Shown here: piece after piece, positions 28,812-41,760 of the stretch
How positions within the stretch are numbered: the stretch's first letter is position 1
How the letters are laid out: every line of letters begins with the position of its first letter
Assembly: GCA_012295275.1 (NCBI GenBank)
Contig: CM022672.1
Coordinates: forward strand, 2,976,001 to 3,040,000
Source of the DNA: Chrysomallon squamiferum
Lineage: Eukaryota > Animalia > Mollusca
Direction: 5' to 3'
Length of the DNA: 64,000 nucleotides
Translations under genes and position numbers: made by a program
Notes under the pieces: model-generated
Database searches by the model: none
What the model was told of the DNA's origin: nothing
Seen by the model: the letters and a program-made list of their open reading frames with translations, nothing else

Positions 28812-29481
28812 GTCGTGAATGAATGAAATAAAACTGGATATAAATCCAGTTTACTTGTTGTATAAAATACGTATTGTTTTTGATCAGTCATGGTATTTTT
28901 GAAACCCAGCAGGGTATAAAAAAAAGGAAATAACTAATTTAGCTCTGTCTATAGATAATAATGCATTCTTTGTTCGTGAATGTATGGACATAAAACAGCT
29001 CACGATGTCAGATTTAAAAAAAAAAAAAAAGTGACAATAAAAAAAACAAAATGACACAGCTTCTTTAGGTTGATGACAGAGATAAATACGAAAATAACTT
29101 GAACAATCTCCTCCGTGTTCGATGTGGTTCTTCCTTTACTGATAGATAAACGAAACAAAAATAAAACTGCCTTTAAGTCTAACGCGCGTAAATAAATATG
29201 TGTTATAAGTTACTAGTAAACATTCTAAGTCTGGTAATAACGATACAGTTGTATAACTACGTTAATCTGTTTGTCGATCAGTTTTTCGATATCCGTGTTC
29301 AGATTGGCATTCGGAGAAGACATACATTTTTAATTATTTAATGGTAATTCAATAACGCTTATCTATTGGTAAAATATTAAGAACATAAAAAAAAAATAAT
29401 AATAATAAAAAAAAAAAAAAAAAAAAGATGATGACATTTTAGTGCTTAAGATAAATTTAATTTTATATGAACACACACTCA

Positions 29482-29531
<50 letters not shown>

Positions 29532-29730
29532 GACATTCAGTTTATCTTAAACATCACTTATATATAGATACTTAAAGCATAATACCGATACTTTAGATGA
29601 ATGGTGATATAAATGATTTGTTGAGAGCCTGTTTGTTTGTGTAATTACAACTGATCTCAGTACTGTGGGCCAGCCAGTTTTATGGTTATGACATCTGAGT
29701 GGATTAATGATTATAAAACAAACACACAAA

Positions 29731-29761
<31 letters not shown>

Positions 29762-29965
29762 TACATACATATACATACATCCATATATATATAAATGTTT
29801 TGTATTACAAACATTATTCATTTGTATTACACACATACATACGTACGTACGTACATACAGAGGTACACACTAACGTACATACACGAACGTACAAACATGG
29901 TAACAGAAACTGAATACAAAAGATGCATAAGATTATAGGTTCTTGCATACGTCCTTGCGAAAGTA

Positions 29966-30016
<51 letters not shown>

Positions 30017-30570
30017 CATTCAAATCAAATAATGTATATGTACAGACATACGTACTGACGTTTTTAAGCATAGTGCGTAATGAAATACATTATATCCAGA
30101 TTTTTATTTAATTAGTTCATATTTAATAATAATAACAATAATAATAATATATATAAATGTACTGAAAAGATGGGAATAAAAATTAAGCTAACGAAGCTAA
30201 TAATTTTTATTCTCTTACAAGGCTCCGTTAGTGTATACTTAGATTTCCTCTTAAAATAAGCAGTAACTGATAACAAGGAGTAACTGATACTGTTTATAAA
30301 TACAGGCTACCTTGATTAAGTATATCTTGTTGTTCTGAGTGTACATCAAGGTGACTGCGAAAGTAGGTTTGATTTTGTGTGTGCGTGTATGTGTGCGGGC
30401 GTGCGTGTATGTGTGCGGGCGTGCGTATGTTTGTGTGTGTGCATGTGTGTGTGTGTGCGTGTGTGCGCGTGCGTGTTTGTGTGTGTGCGAGGCATGAATT
30501 GACATATTATTGAATAATGTATGTGTCAGTACGGGTTTCTGGAATTTTATAAGACTATGGTGATTGTAGA

Positions 30571-30619
30571 ACTATGCATATATATTTGTTTGCGACTATG
30601 CATATATATTTGTTTGCGA
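30571..30619. repeat. 24-bp tandem duplication
   Basis: ACTATGCATATATATTTGTTTGCG at 30571 and 30595. Confidence 0.9.
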
Positions 30620-31351
30620 ATACATGTACAAATGCAAGTACGTACTTTCTCGTAAACACCTACGTAGAATACGCCTTCTTTTTTTCCTGTTTCTTTCTTT
30701 CCCTTTTCCTGTTTTTCTCCTTAATCAAATGCAACCAAATAAGAGCCACTTGAAATCAAGTGAATTTATCCAAATCCAGTTGCAGATAACTGTTTGATGA
30801 TCTCCGTCAGACAACCGCTTCGTTTCTGCCTCGTCAACCCCAGTCACTTGGCGTTTAAATCTGGATCAAGCATTCAAAGCAACGTTTAGCAAATAAACAA
30901 TCTGATCTTCGTGTGGACTGTCACAGCGATACCCATGCATCTCTGATCATTTCAAGCACTGATGCGTTATTTCAGGAAACGGTCTCTTTTGAAACAAGCT
31001 TTCGTGATTCGGTGAACTTCACGGACCTGATGGATATTTCCGTACATGAATAGCGCACGCGTTTCATCCGTCAATAACGGTTGTTTCTCAAAATGACGTC
31101 CATTCAGGGGTGTCATTCGTTTGTCTCTCGCAGAATATCTCGGGAATAATAGATAAAGATTTGATATCAACATCAGTTGTAGGGTTCAATGCATCTGTCT
31201 GAAAATACGGCCTTGTCAGGCCACTAACCTCAGTCTTTGTTATCCAGAAGACATCTCTTTGCTATGTTAACTATAATTTTTTATTTTTTATTAGAAACAA
31301 CTGAAGTAAGATCGGAAATAAGCCAATACGCTTCAGTTTGCTTCTGTGATT

Positions 31352-31516
31352 CATGAATACTTCAAAACACACTGTTTTAAAATAAATAAAAACATGAATA
31401 CTTCAAAACACACTGTTTTAAAATAAATAAAAACATGAATACTTCAAAACACACTGTTTTAAAATAAATAAAAACATGAATACTTCAAAACACACTGTGT
31501 CAATACAAATAAAAAC
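31352..31516. repeat. 41-bp minisatellite, 4 copies
   Basis: CATGAATACTTCAAAACACACTGTTTTAAAATAAATAAAAA at 31352, 31393 and 31434 (identical) and at 31475 (3' part diverged). Confidence 0.95.
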
Positions 31517-31811
31517 TAATCTCTTTGAGGTTATCACTGATTAAATTAAATCCTTTTTTTTTTAAAATGTCTTTTTTTTTTTCTGTAGAACTGTGTTAAG
31601 AAATATTTCATGGAAGGTTGATATAAACAAGTAATTGTCTTGTAATTTATTGTCTTTCATGAAATTTCAGATTAGTACACACAAACCAACACCTCGTCCC
31701 CCAAAAAATAAATAAATAAATACAATGAAAGCCTGTGATAACCTATGAATTACATTAATTTACTCCTCAAGGTACTTTCCAGTTATACGTTGAATGAATA
31801 CATAAGACAGA

Positions 31812-32010
31812 AAAATGAATATTCGTTTAACGACAGTTCAGTACACTTTTGTTTTCTACGTTTATTATGTAACGAGCACATTATTATTTACAGTTTTCGA
31901 TAATAACATGGGTTGGAAGATTATTTTTAATTGCCTTTCTTTTTAACATAGGAACGTACCTACAAGCCATGGTATAGTAAATAGTTCGAAGTATATGCTG
32001 GAACGGGATT
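31812..32010 (-). mobile_element. Highly decayed SINE-like fragment
   Basis: AAATGAATATTCGTTTAACGACAGTTCAGTACACTTTT...GCTGGAACGGG has loose similarity to the 33.75 and 47.16 kb copies. Confidence 0.3.
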
Positions 32011-32070
32011 TTAAACACCTAATTTTTATAAGCGGTTTCTTTTAATTTGTTATTGTATTATTTATGTATT

Positions 32071-32510
<440 letters not shown>

Positions 32511-33228
32511 TTGTTCTTGCTTGTTGTTATTTTAGTTGTTGTTGTCGAGTCAGTACAAGACAACTAAGAAAACAATAAAACATATTACAGCTGTAGATGA
32601 GACGGCTGTAATCTCCCCATCACTAAAATAACAACCGTTTCCTATGACGCAGACATTAATAACCGGAGTTAGCTTATCAAACAGAATAAAAATGTCTGAG
32701 ATATTTTTATTGTTCTTTTTCGTCGACAGATGCAAGAGACAGTGTCAGTTGTGAATTTATTAGTTTATTATTTTTTTTTATTTTTTTTATTATTATTATG
32801 TTGGTGTTTTTTTTGGTTTTTTTTGTTGTTTTTTTCTGTAATCTAATGTTAATGTAACTTTCTGGCTAATGTTCACATATAAAATATATTTTTTTTTATT
32901 TTGTATTGTTTCTTACTTGTTTTCAAATAATTAACTTCGCTATGGTCGCAACTTGCAGAAAGAGATGTCAGTGAATTTACCACAAGTGACAATCTGTTTT
33001 AGAATCCATATCTACCACATTGAACCTAGACAGACAATATTATTTAATTCAATATCTTTTGTCGATCGCTCTTTCTTTCTCTCTTTCTAATTCTCCCTCC
33101 ACTTCTCTCTGTCTCTCCCTTCCCCTCCAACTCTGTCTCTTTTTTTTTTTTTTTTGCCTCTCCATCTCTCTCTATTCCCCTCTCCACCCCCCTCCACCTG
33201 AATTCCCTAACTGTGTGTGTGTGTGTGA

Positions 33229-33273
<45 letters not shown>

Positions 33274-33749
33274 TGAAATGTGTGTAAAACAAACTGAAAA
33301 CATAAATTAAATTTAAGGTCTGTTCATAAAAATTCCTACGTCGTTCCTACACAATATTAACGCATAATCGCAGAGGCATTCAAATTCCAAATCGGTTTAA
33401 AGTCGTATTTTTTATTCTTCGCTTTAAACATCAGACGCAGATACTACATCAGTGTAACTTGATTCACAAAAATCCTCTTGGCACTTATGGCGACGTGATG
33501 TTCTATTGACTGAAAAAAATGTCGTGTTGCTTTCAGCAGCTGCTGTTGCCATCTGCAACAAAACGTCTCACGATGTCGTAGTCCAAATAATAAAGTTTAA
33601 TCTCAATCGTTATCCTAGTGGGAGAAGTGCATTAAAAATAATGATTGCATCTTCCAGAAACATACTTGAAATAGCTAATGTGCATACATCGTATACTGCT
33701 TAAATCTGAGTTAATCTCGTCTCTTTCTTTAATGGAAATTAATAATAAA

Positions 33750-33985
33750 AACAAATGTATTGTTTAACATTTGTGTACATTTTGTGGTTATGTATTTGAC
33801 ATGTAGTGAACGAACACTCAGATAATAAGACAGGACTACTCTTTCTGGTTAGCAGCAATGGATATTTTATATACACCATACCGTAGACAGGAGAGTACAG
33901 CTACCGTGCATCACCGATCGAATCAAGAAATAACTTAATGAATCCACGAAAAAAGATTTACACTATATGAAGCGGACGTCCCGCT
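33750..33985 (-). mobile_element. Decayed SINE-like element (reverse orientation)
   Basis: GGACTACTCTTTCTGGTTAGCAGCA (33833-) aligns with GGACTATTTTTATCGATTAGCAGCA (37528-37552). The left end resembles the segments starting at 31812 and 47165. The motif order matches my recollection of a gastropod SINE. Confidence 0.5.
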
Positions 33986-34242
33986 CTCAGTAATAACAGT
34001 AACACCAACACCAACATCATCAACAACAAAAACAACACCAACACCACCAACAACAACAACAACAACAACAACAACACTGATGATGATGATTATAGTGATA
34101 AATAAATCAATAAATAAATATACAATGTAGGCCTATCAAGAAAACAGGAGACAAACAAGAAATTAAAAAAAAGGAAATATCATTTAAAAATATTTTTAAA
34201 CCAAAGACAAATTTTTTTGAAGAAATAAAAATAAAAAAATAA

Positions 34243-34289
<47 letters not shown>

Positions 34290-37200
34290 GACCGGATATA
34301 ATGTGTTTTAACTTTAGGCGAGTTGAAAGGTATACGAGACATCAATTTCTCAACCTTTATTTTACCACTCCCGGGGCATCAAATGTGTGGCGTTAATTGG
34401 GAAATAAGAGCAAAATCAGCTAGCACGTAGGACTAATATTGATATTTCGACAACACCATTTTCCTAAAAGAGTTAGTGGCGCCATCGGATATTGTAGGGC
34501 TTTTTTTACCAAGCAAACCGAACACAAAGCAATCGAAATATCTTTTACCCCGTGTTTACAGGCAAACTGCAAATAGTACTGTCCACACTGCTAACTGTAA
34601 TTGATCGATCTAAAGGCATTAATCGGATATCAACAACAAGAAAAGCGATTTATTCATGAGCGGTGATCTGACAAATTGATTGTTGCTGAAAGCAACTACT
34701 GTGTGACAAATGAACCGTGAAATAGATAGTCTGTTGACGAGATTACTGTGATATTCAGCACGACCTGTGATATATTTGCTTTTCTACTTCTTTTTTTTTT
34801 TTTTTCTAAATGTTACAGGTCTTCTCTTTGTTCAGTGTCTGTTGTTGCGGTTTGTCTTCAGTCTGTTGTGTTTTGTTCTGCTTTTCACGATTTTCTTGTT
34901 TGGCTAAATGCCTTTTTGCCGTATTCATACATATACACACGTTTGAAGTGTTTGTAAACTCGTGAATGTTAAGTGGATATGTATGTTGTATGTATATAAT
35001 GTATGTATGTATATTTGTATGTATGTATGTATGTGTGTGTATATTTATATGTATATTTGTGTGTGTGTGTGTATATATATATATCTGCACGCTTATGTCT
35101 GTATGTAGTAGTAGTCGTAATAGTATTAGTAATAGTAGTGGTTGTTTTTTCTTCTTTTTCTAAAAACAACGTTCCCTTTGACCTTTTGCTTATACAGTTA
35201 CCATCGGATGAAAAACCACTATTACACTTTAATTACCATAATGCTGCGTTCTCTTAATCCTTCCTTTTCACGAGCATTTCTTCAGTTACATATTTCTGAA
35301 AGCACCGCAAAGTTCCGACGTCCAGTATATCTCTAGTCGAAATGTTTGCTCTACAAAAACCATTCAGCGTTCGACAAAGAAGCGGAGACACGTTTCAGAA
35401 ATTCGACCTGCGACTGCTAATAGCCGTTTACATCTAAATAACTCACCAATTGCTGCAGTGAACAGAAAGGTCACGCACTGCACAAGTTTGCCGTGCTTCA
35501 CGTTAATCTCGGTTATAATGTATGTATCGCAACAGTCAGCCATGTTCATTAACAAGTGTAACTACCAATTCCCGTCACGAACCACAATCTTTCTTTAATT
35601 TTTTTTTTTTTTAATCGAGAGTTTTAACTGATCCGGCTGCAAATGTAAGATTGTACAGCTCTGTTCCTGTCTTCTTTAAGACTGACACTTAGAAAAATCT
35701 AGTACAAAGTAAAATACTCTCAAAACACAAAACTTGTGACTAGTTCATACGAGAAAATAATATATAATCTGTAAGCTGAAGAAGAAAGCTCGCGGAGTAA
35801 AAAAACAAAAACAAAAAAAAGTCACTATCAACTGGTCTATATGATTTTAATTTTGCTGTCGGTCTTAGTAATTTCCCGTTCTAAACCGTACTTTATTAAA
35901 GGTGCAATTTATTTCCTTTATTTCGAAAAGATAATCTTGATGTTTGGTAGATTTTAGAAATTTAGTACATTATATTTCATTGTTCAGTTAATTTTGATAG
36001 AACCTATTAAAACTGTTACTATTACTACTACTCCTGATAGAACTGCTGCTGCTGCTACTACTAATACTATTACTAATACTAATACTACTACTACTAATAA
36101 TACTAATAATAATAATGAACATATCTATATTCAACTATCTTTTATTGTCTCTCAATTTACTTATTAATCCCCATCAAAATTTCTCTTTAAATTAATTTAT
36201 TTTATTTTTATTATTCAAATGACGAGGCGTTGGCTAAATCAACAGAAAAGGATGTTCAGTTGTAGAATCAAGAAATTTGTTTGAAAAAAACGATACAGTA
36301 GGAACAATTACAGCCACTATTCAATACAGTACAGTAGGACAGTTGGACGCCACAAGTTGTTTTTGTGGCTCTCAAGGCGCAGATAATACTTAGTGTCCTC
36401 TGAATTTAATAGTAATATTGTTGCAAATCTGCCTCGTTTATTTCAATATTACTGTTTCATTAGCTGTTACTTCTTGAATAGTTCAATAACGATAACCTTT
36501 AATTTGAATGAAAAAAATTTAAGTTCATATATCTATCTCTCTATCTATCTATCTATATATAATATATAATATATAATAAGTATATATATATATACACACA
36601 AATATATATATAGATAGATATACATACATACATACATACATGCATACACACATGCATACACACATACACACATACACAAACACATATACGTTCTCGTATT
36701 ATTTCGTTATCTCTGTGTGAAAAACAATGCAGTCTGCAAAAATCATCAAAGTAACTAAATGCAAGTGACGTAATATTAAAACTGATATATTTCTTTGTTT
36801 TACACTAAAAGAAAACATAATGCAAAGTTTTTTCACTACATACCTGTGTAAATCAAACATCTAAACAGTAAATCCGAAACGAAAAACTCAAGATATAACA
36901 ATTCCAAAAGTTGACATTCTTTGGTGTTATTGAGCTGCTAACGTCACGTCAAAGCCTTTATGACGTCACAATGCTGCGACCTTTAACCTCGAAAGGTAAT
37001 ACTTTTGTTTATTTATTTATTTATTTATTTATAGTAGTAATAACAGTAATAGCAGTAGTAGCAGTAGTAGTAGAAGTAGTAGTTGTAGTTGTTGTTGTTA
37101 TTTTTCTTGTAACAGTAGTTGCATACCAAATAAATAATACATAATATCAGTGAAGATATCGACGGCACGACAACAAATCCTTTAATGCTATGCTGCTACT

Positions 37201-37744
37201 TTTACTATTGTTGTTTCAGCATCATCATTATAATCATTATTAACATGGTGTTTTCTTTTGTTTTTACTGGATTTTGGTTTTTGTTTGTTTATTTATTTTT
37301 GTTGTTTGTTTATTTATTTATTTGTTGTTTTTTTTTTTTTTATTTGTTTAGTTAGTTAGTGAGTTTTTGTTGTTGTTGTTGTTGCTGTTGTTTTACAGCA
37401 AATGTATTTATTTATTTATATATTTATATATTTACTTATTGCCTTTACAGATATTAGGATTTATTTTCATACACAATGTACGTATAATAATGACATAAGA
37501 TAGGACACAATTATGTCCGTTCTCTGTGGACTATTTTTATCGATTAGCAGCAGAACAGTAAGTCATGCTGGGCCTTTCCAGGACATTTAATGCCGATGAA
37601 AGTCTATTATATAAATTTAATAACAGAAAAATTCTCAGTGGAGTTCTGTCGTGCATAATTTGATGTAAATGCGAATGTCCTTCGTTGCAGTTTATAGCTT
37701 AAGAGCTTGCAATGTCATTTCTAAAAAGAGCAGACGTAAGAGAA

Positions 37745-38035
37745 TATGAGTTGTGGTAGTTGTTGTATCATTACTAGCTGTAGTCGTAATAACTGGCGTA
37801 GTAGTTGTAGTAACGACAGCAGTATGGTATTAGTAGAAGCAGTATGTAGTAGTAGTTTAATAGCAGCAGCAGCAACATAATAGTACTTTAAGAAAAAGTG
37901 ATAGTAAAAGTACTATATGTTGTAGTAGTAGTGGTAATAGTAGAAGTAGTTATAGTACTAGATATTGTAGTAGTAATAGTAGTAGTACTATCTGCATTGG
38001 TAGTGGTAGTTGTTGAAGTGGTAGTAGTGGTAACA
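37745..38035. repeat. Degenerate (TAG)n repeat
   Basis: Directly visible. Confidence 0.85.
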
Positions 38036-38162
38036 ACAGTCCCTTTAAATTCTTACGTACTGAAAATCAGTAATAACAACAACAAGGACAATAACAAGGA
38101 AAATACTGTAAATAATGACAATAATATTAATAATAATCAGAACAACCACAACACTACTAACT

Positions 38163-38289
38163 CAGTAATATAAATAGTAGAAGTAGTGTTAAAAGTGATA
38201 CAAATATTACAGTTACAATAACAGTAATATAAATAGTAGAAGTAGTGTTAACAGTGGTACTAATATTACAGTTACAATAACAGGAATAT
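38163..38289. repeat. 59-bp tandem duplication
   Basis: CAGTAATATAAATAGTAGAAGTAGTGTTAA...TATTACAGTTACAATAA at 38163 and 38222 with a few substitutions. Confidence 0.9.
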
Positions 38290-40983
38290 GACAGAGCACT
38301 ATCAGTAATTGAAACTCATGAATAATTAGTGAGTCTGAAATCTTTAGGGTATCCGGAAACTCTGTAATCATGGGTGGATGTATTTCATATATTTTTTTTA
38401 TTATTATTATTTTCTGGATTTCTCGAAGAAGAAATACGAAGAGCGTGTTTATCTTTATTTATAACATTCTTACTCAGATCAGCAACTTTATAATCCCGCA
38501 TTTGAGAGGGGGGGGGGTTTATTTTTTTTTTTTTTTTATTTAGACGTTTCCTGATAAAATAATCTCCATTTAGCATATATTCTAAGAAATCAGGAAATAC
38601 GTGTCAGACTAATGTTACCTACACCGTCTCAGAACAACACAACAACACGGAAATAGATTCAGAGTCAAAAAAACTGGAAACGGCCATAACGAAAAATGAC
38701 AGAAATGTTATGACACTGGATCCTGTGCCGTGAAATGTTAATATATTCGTTCTATTCAGAGACAAAAATCCAGTCTAAGTCAAGGAAGAAGGAGAAAGGA
38801 ATGTTATTGATTAGAAAGAAATGTGGCTTTTACTATTAACAAAGATTTTTTTTCCCCTTTCTTCTTCTTCTTATGTTTTTTTTTTTTTTTTTTTTTTTTT
38901 ATTATGTCATATCTATATTTTATTTCTGACTTCAGAGGCTTACATGTGAATTTGGAGTCTGGTTATAGAGCTGATGTCACAAGAATGTTATATTCGTAAA
39001 ATCAATTATATTTAAAAATATGAAAATGATTGCGATGACAACAGTCTCAATGTTCTTATGTATTAAACTGTATGTTTGTACATAATAACATATAAACATA
39101 CGTACGTGCATACCTATGCACATACATATATTATATACACACACATTCACAAACGCACACCCTGACATAGACATTAATACCTATATATATATATATATAC
39201 ATCTAATTAAGATTCAGACTATTGTGTAAGAGAATATTGAGTTCAACCAGTGCGGTGATTACAGCAGTACTTCTTCATCCAGTGTCCTTGATTAATATTT
39301 ACACCTGTCTTTAAACCTGACACCTATTACTGTTTGATTAAAAAATCTATATTATCATTATTATCATATATATATATATACAAGACAGGCAACACGATCA
39401 AGTCAACGACACGATTTTGTACGACCTCTAATTTGGTTTTCTTGAAAGCTAATTGAAATAATCAGTAATACGTCTAGGTATATATCTATATATCTATATC
39501 TGTATAGTTGTGTGTTACTGTGTTAGTGTGTATGTATACACACGTACGTACGTACGCAGATAGGTAGGTAGATAGGCAGGCAGGTTTTTACGTCCATATG
39601 TGTGATATTCTAAATTATTTAAAACAACACAAGTCCATTAGCGATCTGAGCAAAACCAAAAAAGGGAGCCACAAGAAAAATAGTAAGATAGACAGCTGAT
39701 AGAAAAATAACTCACAGAATCGGAGTTATTTCGCTACACAGCCCTATCCATTTGCAATGCTTGAATAACAGAAGTGAGACAATTTATAGCGAAAGACAAA
39801 TGTTAGTCTAATTACACATGAAGTAAACCCAAGTGAATTAATTATATTACTGTTAGAACGCAGTTTTGATCGAACATTGTGAACAATCCTGTTGATCGTA
39901 GGATTAATGTCGGCCATTTTAGTGCTCAAGTCATCGTGCTCAACAAAGAAATAATTGATTCCTACTAGTAAGGTATATGAACGTAAGAAGTCGTTTAATT
40001 TGACTAATAGACTGTACATGGCTGGTATAGGCAGTGTATACATAACAAGATAGTTAAAAGGACAAAGGTAATATATAACTTATGGTAACTAAGATCGAAC
40101 TTCCTGCCGGGTTTTGTGTTGTTGTTGTTTTTAGTTGATTTTTTTGTTTGTTTTTTGTTGTTGTTGCTGTTGTCGTTTGTTTATTTTGTTTTTTGTTTGT
40201 GTGTTTTTGTTTGTTGTTATTCTTTTTTTTTTTTTTTTTATTATTTTTTTTTTTTCAGTCTTGAAAAGGAAAGATGTTAAGAAAGTACGACACATCTATT
40301 TCTTATTTTTATTTGTGACGTATCCGTCATCTTTATTCTTATTTATTTATGTACTTTTCTTTTTATTGTTTGTTTTGTTTTGGGTTGTAATGCGGCGTTT
40401 GTCGTACTTATGATATAATAAATATTATATGAAAAATGACAATAAAAAAAAAAAAACGTGCGGACAAAGAAGAATTGAACCCACTTCTCATTGTGTTTTA
40501 CGAAGAAGAAAATGTTTATCACGGTTGTGTTAGTGATGTGAGAGCTAATGATGATGATGACAGTGTTGACGATGCTGTTGATGAGATACAGTATCGACGA
40601 GGACGATATTCAAATACATGAATGACGATGACAATAATATGACGATATCGCTATTGTCGAGAATAATGATGATGATTATTACCATGACGATGACAAACAT
40701 AAAGCATTTAAAAAAAAAAAAAAAGGAAAAAAAAAAGAACTACAATTATTCGTTTATGTAACATCATATTCTCTGACTTTTATCTTGCTAGTTGTTTGAA
40801 AACAAAAACCTCCAAAGCCTTTTTTCACTTACACCCAGCCGCGCTTGATGACATCGTTGTAAAGGCTTTTGTAAAAAAAAAAAAAAAAAAAAAAAAACGA
40901 CAACGTTTACAACAGTCTCCATACTTCACACACCCATGGACTATTTTAGTTTTTAATAAAAAAGCGAAATAATTTATAGATTA

Positions 40984-41015
<32 letters not shown>

Positions 41016-41479
41016 CTCATTTCGTTTCTCGGTGATGTCTGTTATTTTCAAGTCTGGCCAGTTCACTTGGACACCCAGTCCACGGTAACGGCTAACACCT
41101 TAATGCGTATTTCATCCGTCTTTTCACGGTAGAATCAAATATTAATGGTTTTTTTAAACTCTCCGCCGTGAGGGAATATGTATTTTCTCTTATTTGAAAT
41201 ATAATCCAGAAATATCGACAGATGTAATCGGCTTAAAAAGCTTTTAACTATTTCCAAACAGAAAGAGAATTCAAAATGAAACAGATTTCAGTGCGAATAC
41301 GTGACTGTGCGTGTTACGTTGTGTGCATGTTTATTAATAATTTCACGTATCTATTTATTTATTATTTTTAATTTTAATTTTTTTAATTTTTTTTTATATT
41401 ATTTTTTTTAAAGTTTTTTTTTATATTATTTTTTTATTTATTTGTTTCTGAGTGCATCTTTTGGAATTAATAAAAGTAA

Positions 41480-41760
41480 TGGTAGAAGCAGCAGCAGCAG
41501 TTAAATTTGGTAGAAGTAGTTGAAGTAGTAGTAGTTGTAGAAGTAGTAGTAGCGGTAGAATAGTGTAGTAGTGGTGGTGGTTGTAGTTCTGGTGGTGGTG
41601 TCGCTGACGGTAATAATAGGAGTAATAACAGCAGTACGGTAGTAGTTGTAATAGCAATAGCAATAGTAATAGTAGTAGTCGTAGTAGTCGTAGTAGTGGT
41701 AGCAGTAGTATAGTAGCAACATCAGCAGCAGTGGTAGTAATAGAAGTAGTAGTAGTAATA
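41480..41760. repeat. Degenerate (TAG)n repeat
   Basis: Directly visible. Confidence 0.85.

Noticed and set aside
28831-28852. Small perfect hairpin AAACTGGAT-ATAA-ATCCAGTTT
   Set aside because: A 9-bp AT-rich stem is expected by chance in 64 kb, is too short for a pre-miRNA, and intrinsic terminators do not apply here.
30967-31200. Complex minus-strand stretch with an acceptor-like TATTTTCAG and a 68-aa ORF
   Set aside because: All three frames entered from the acceptor hit stops, there is no good donor, and the peptide is unrecognisable.
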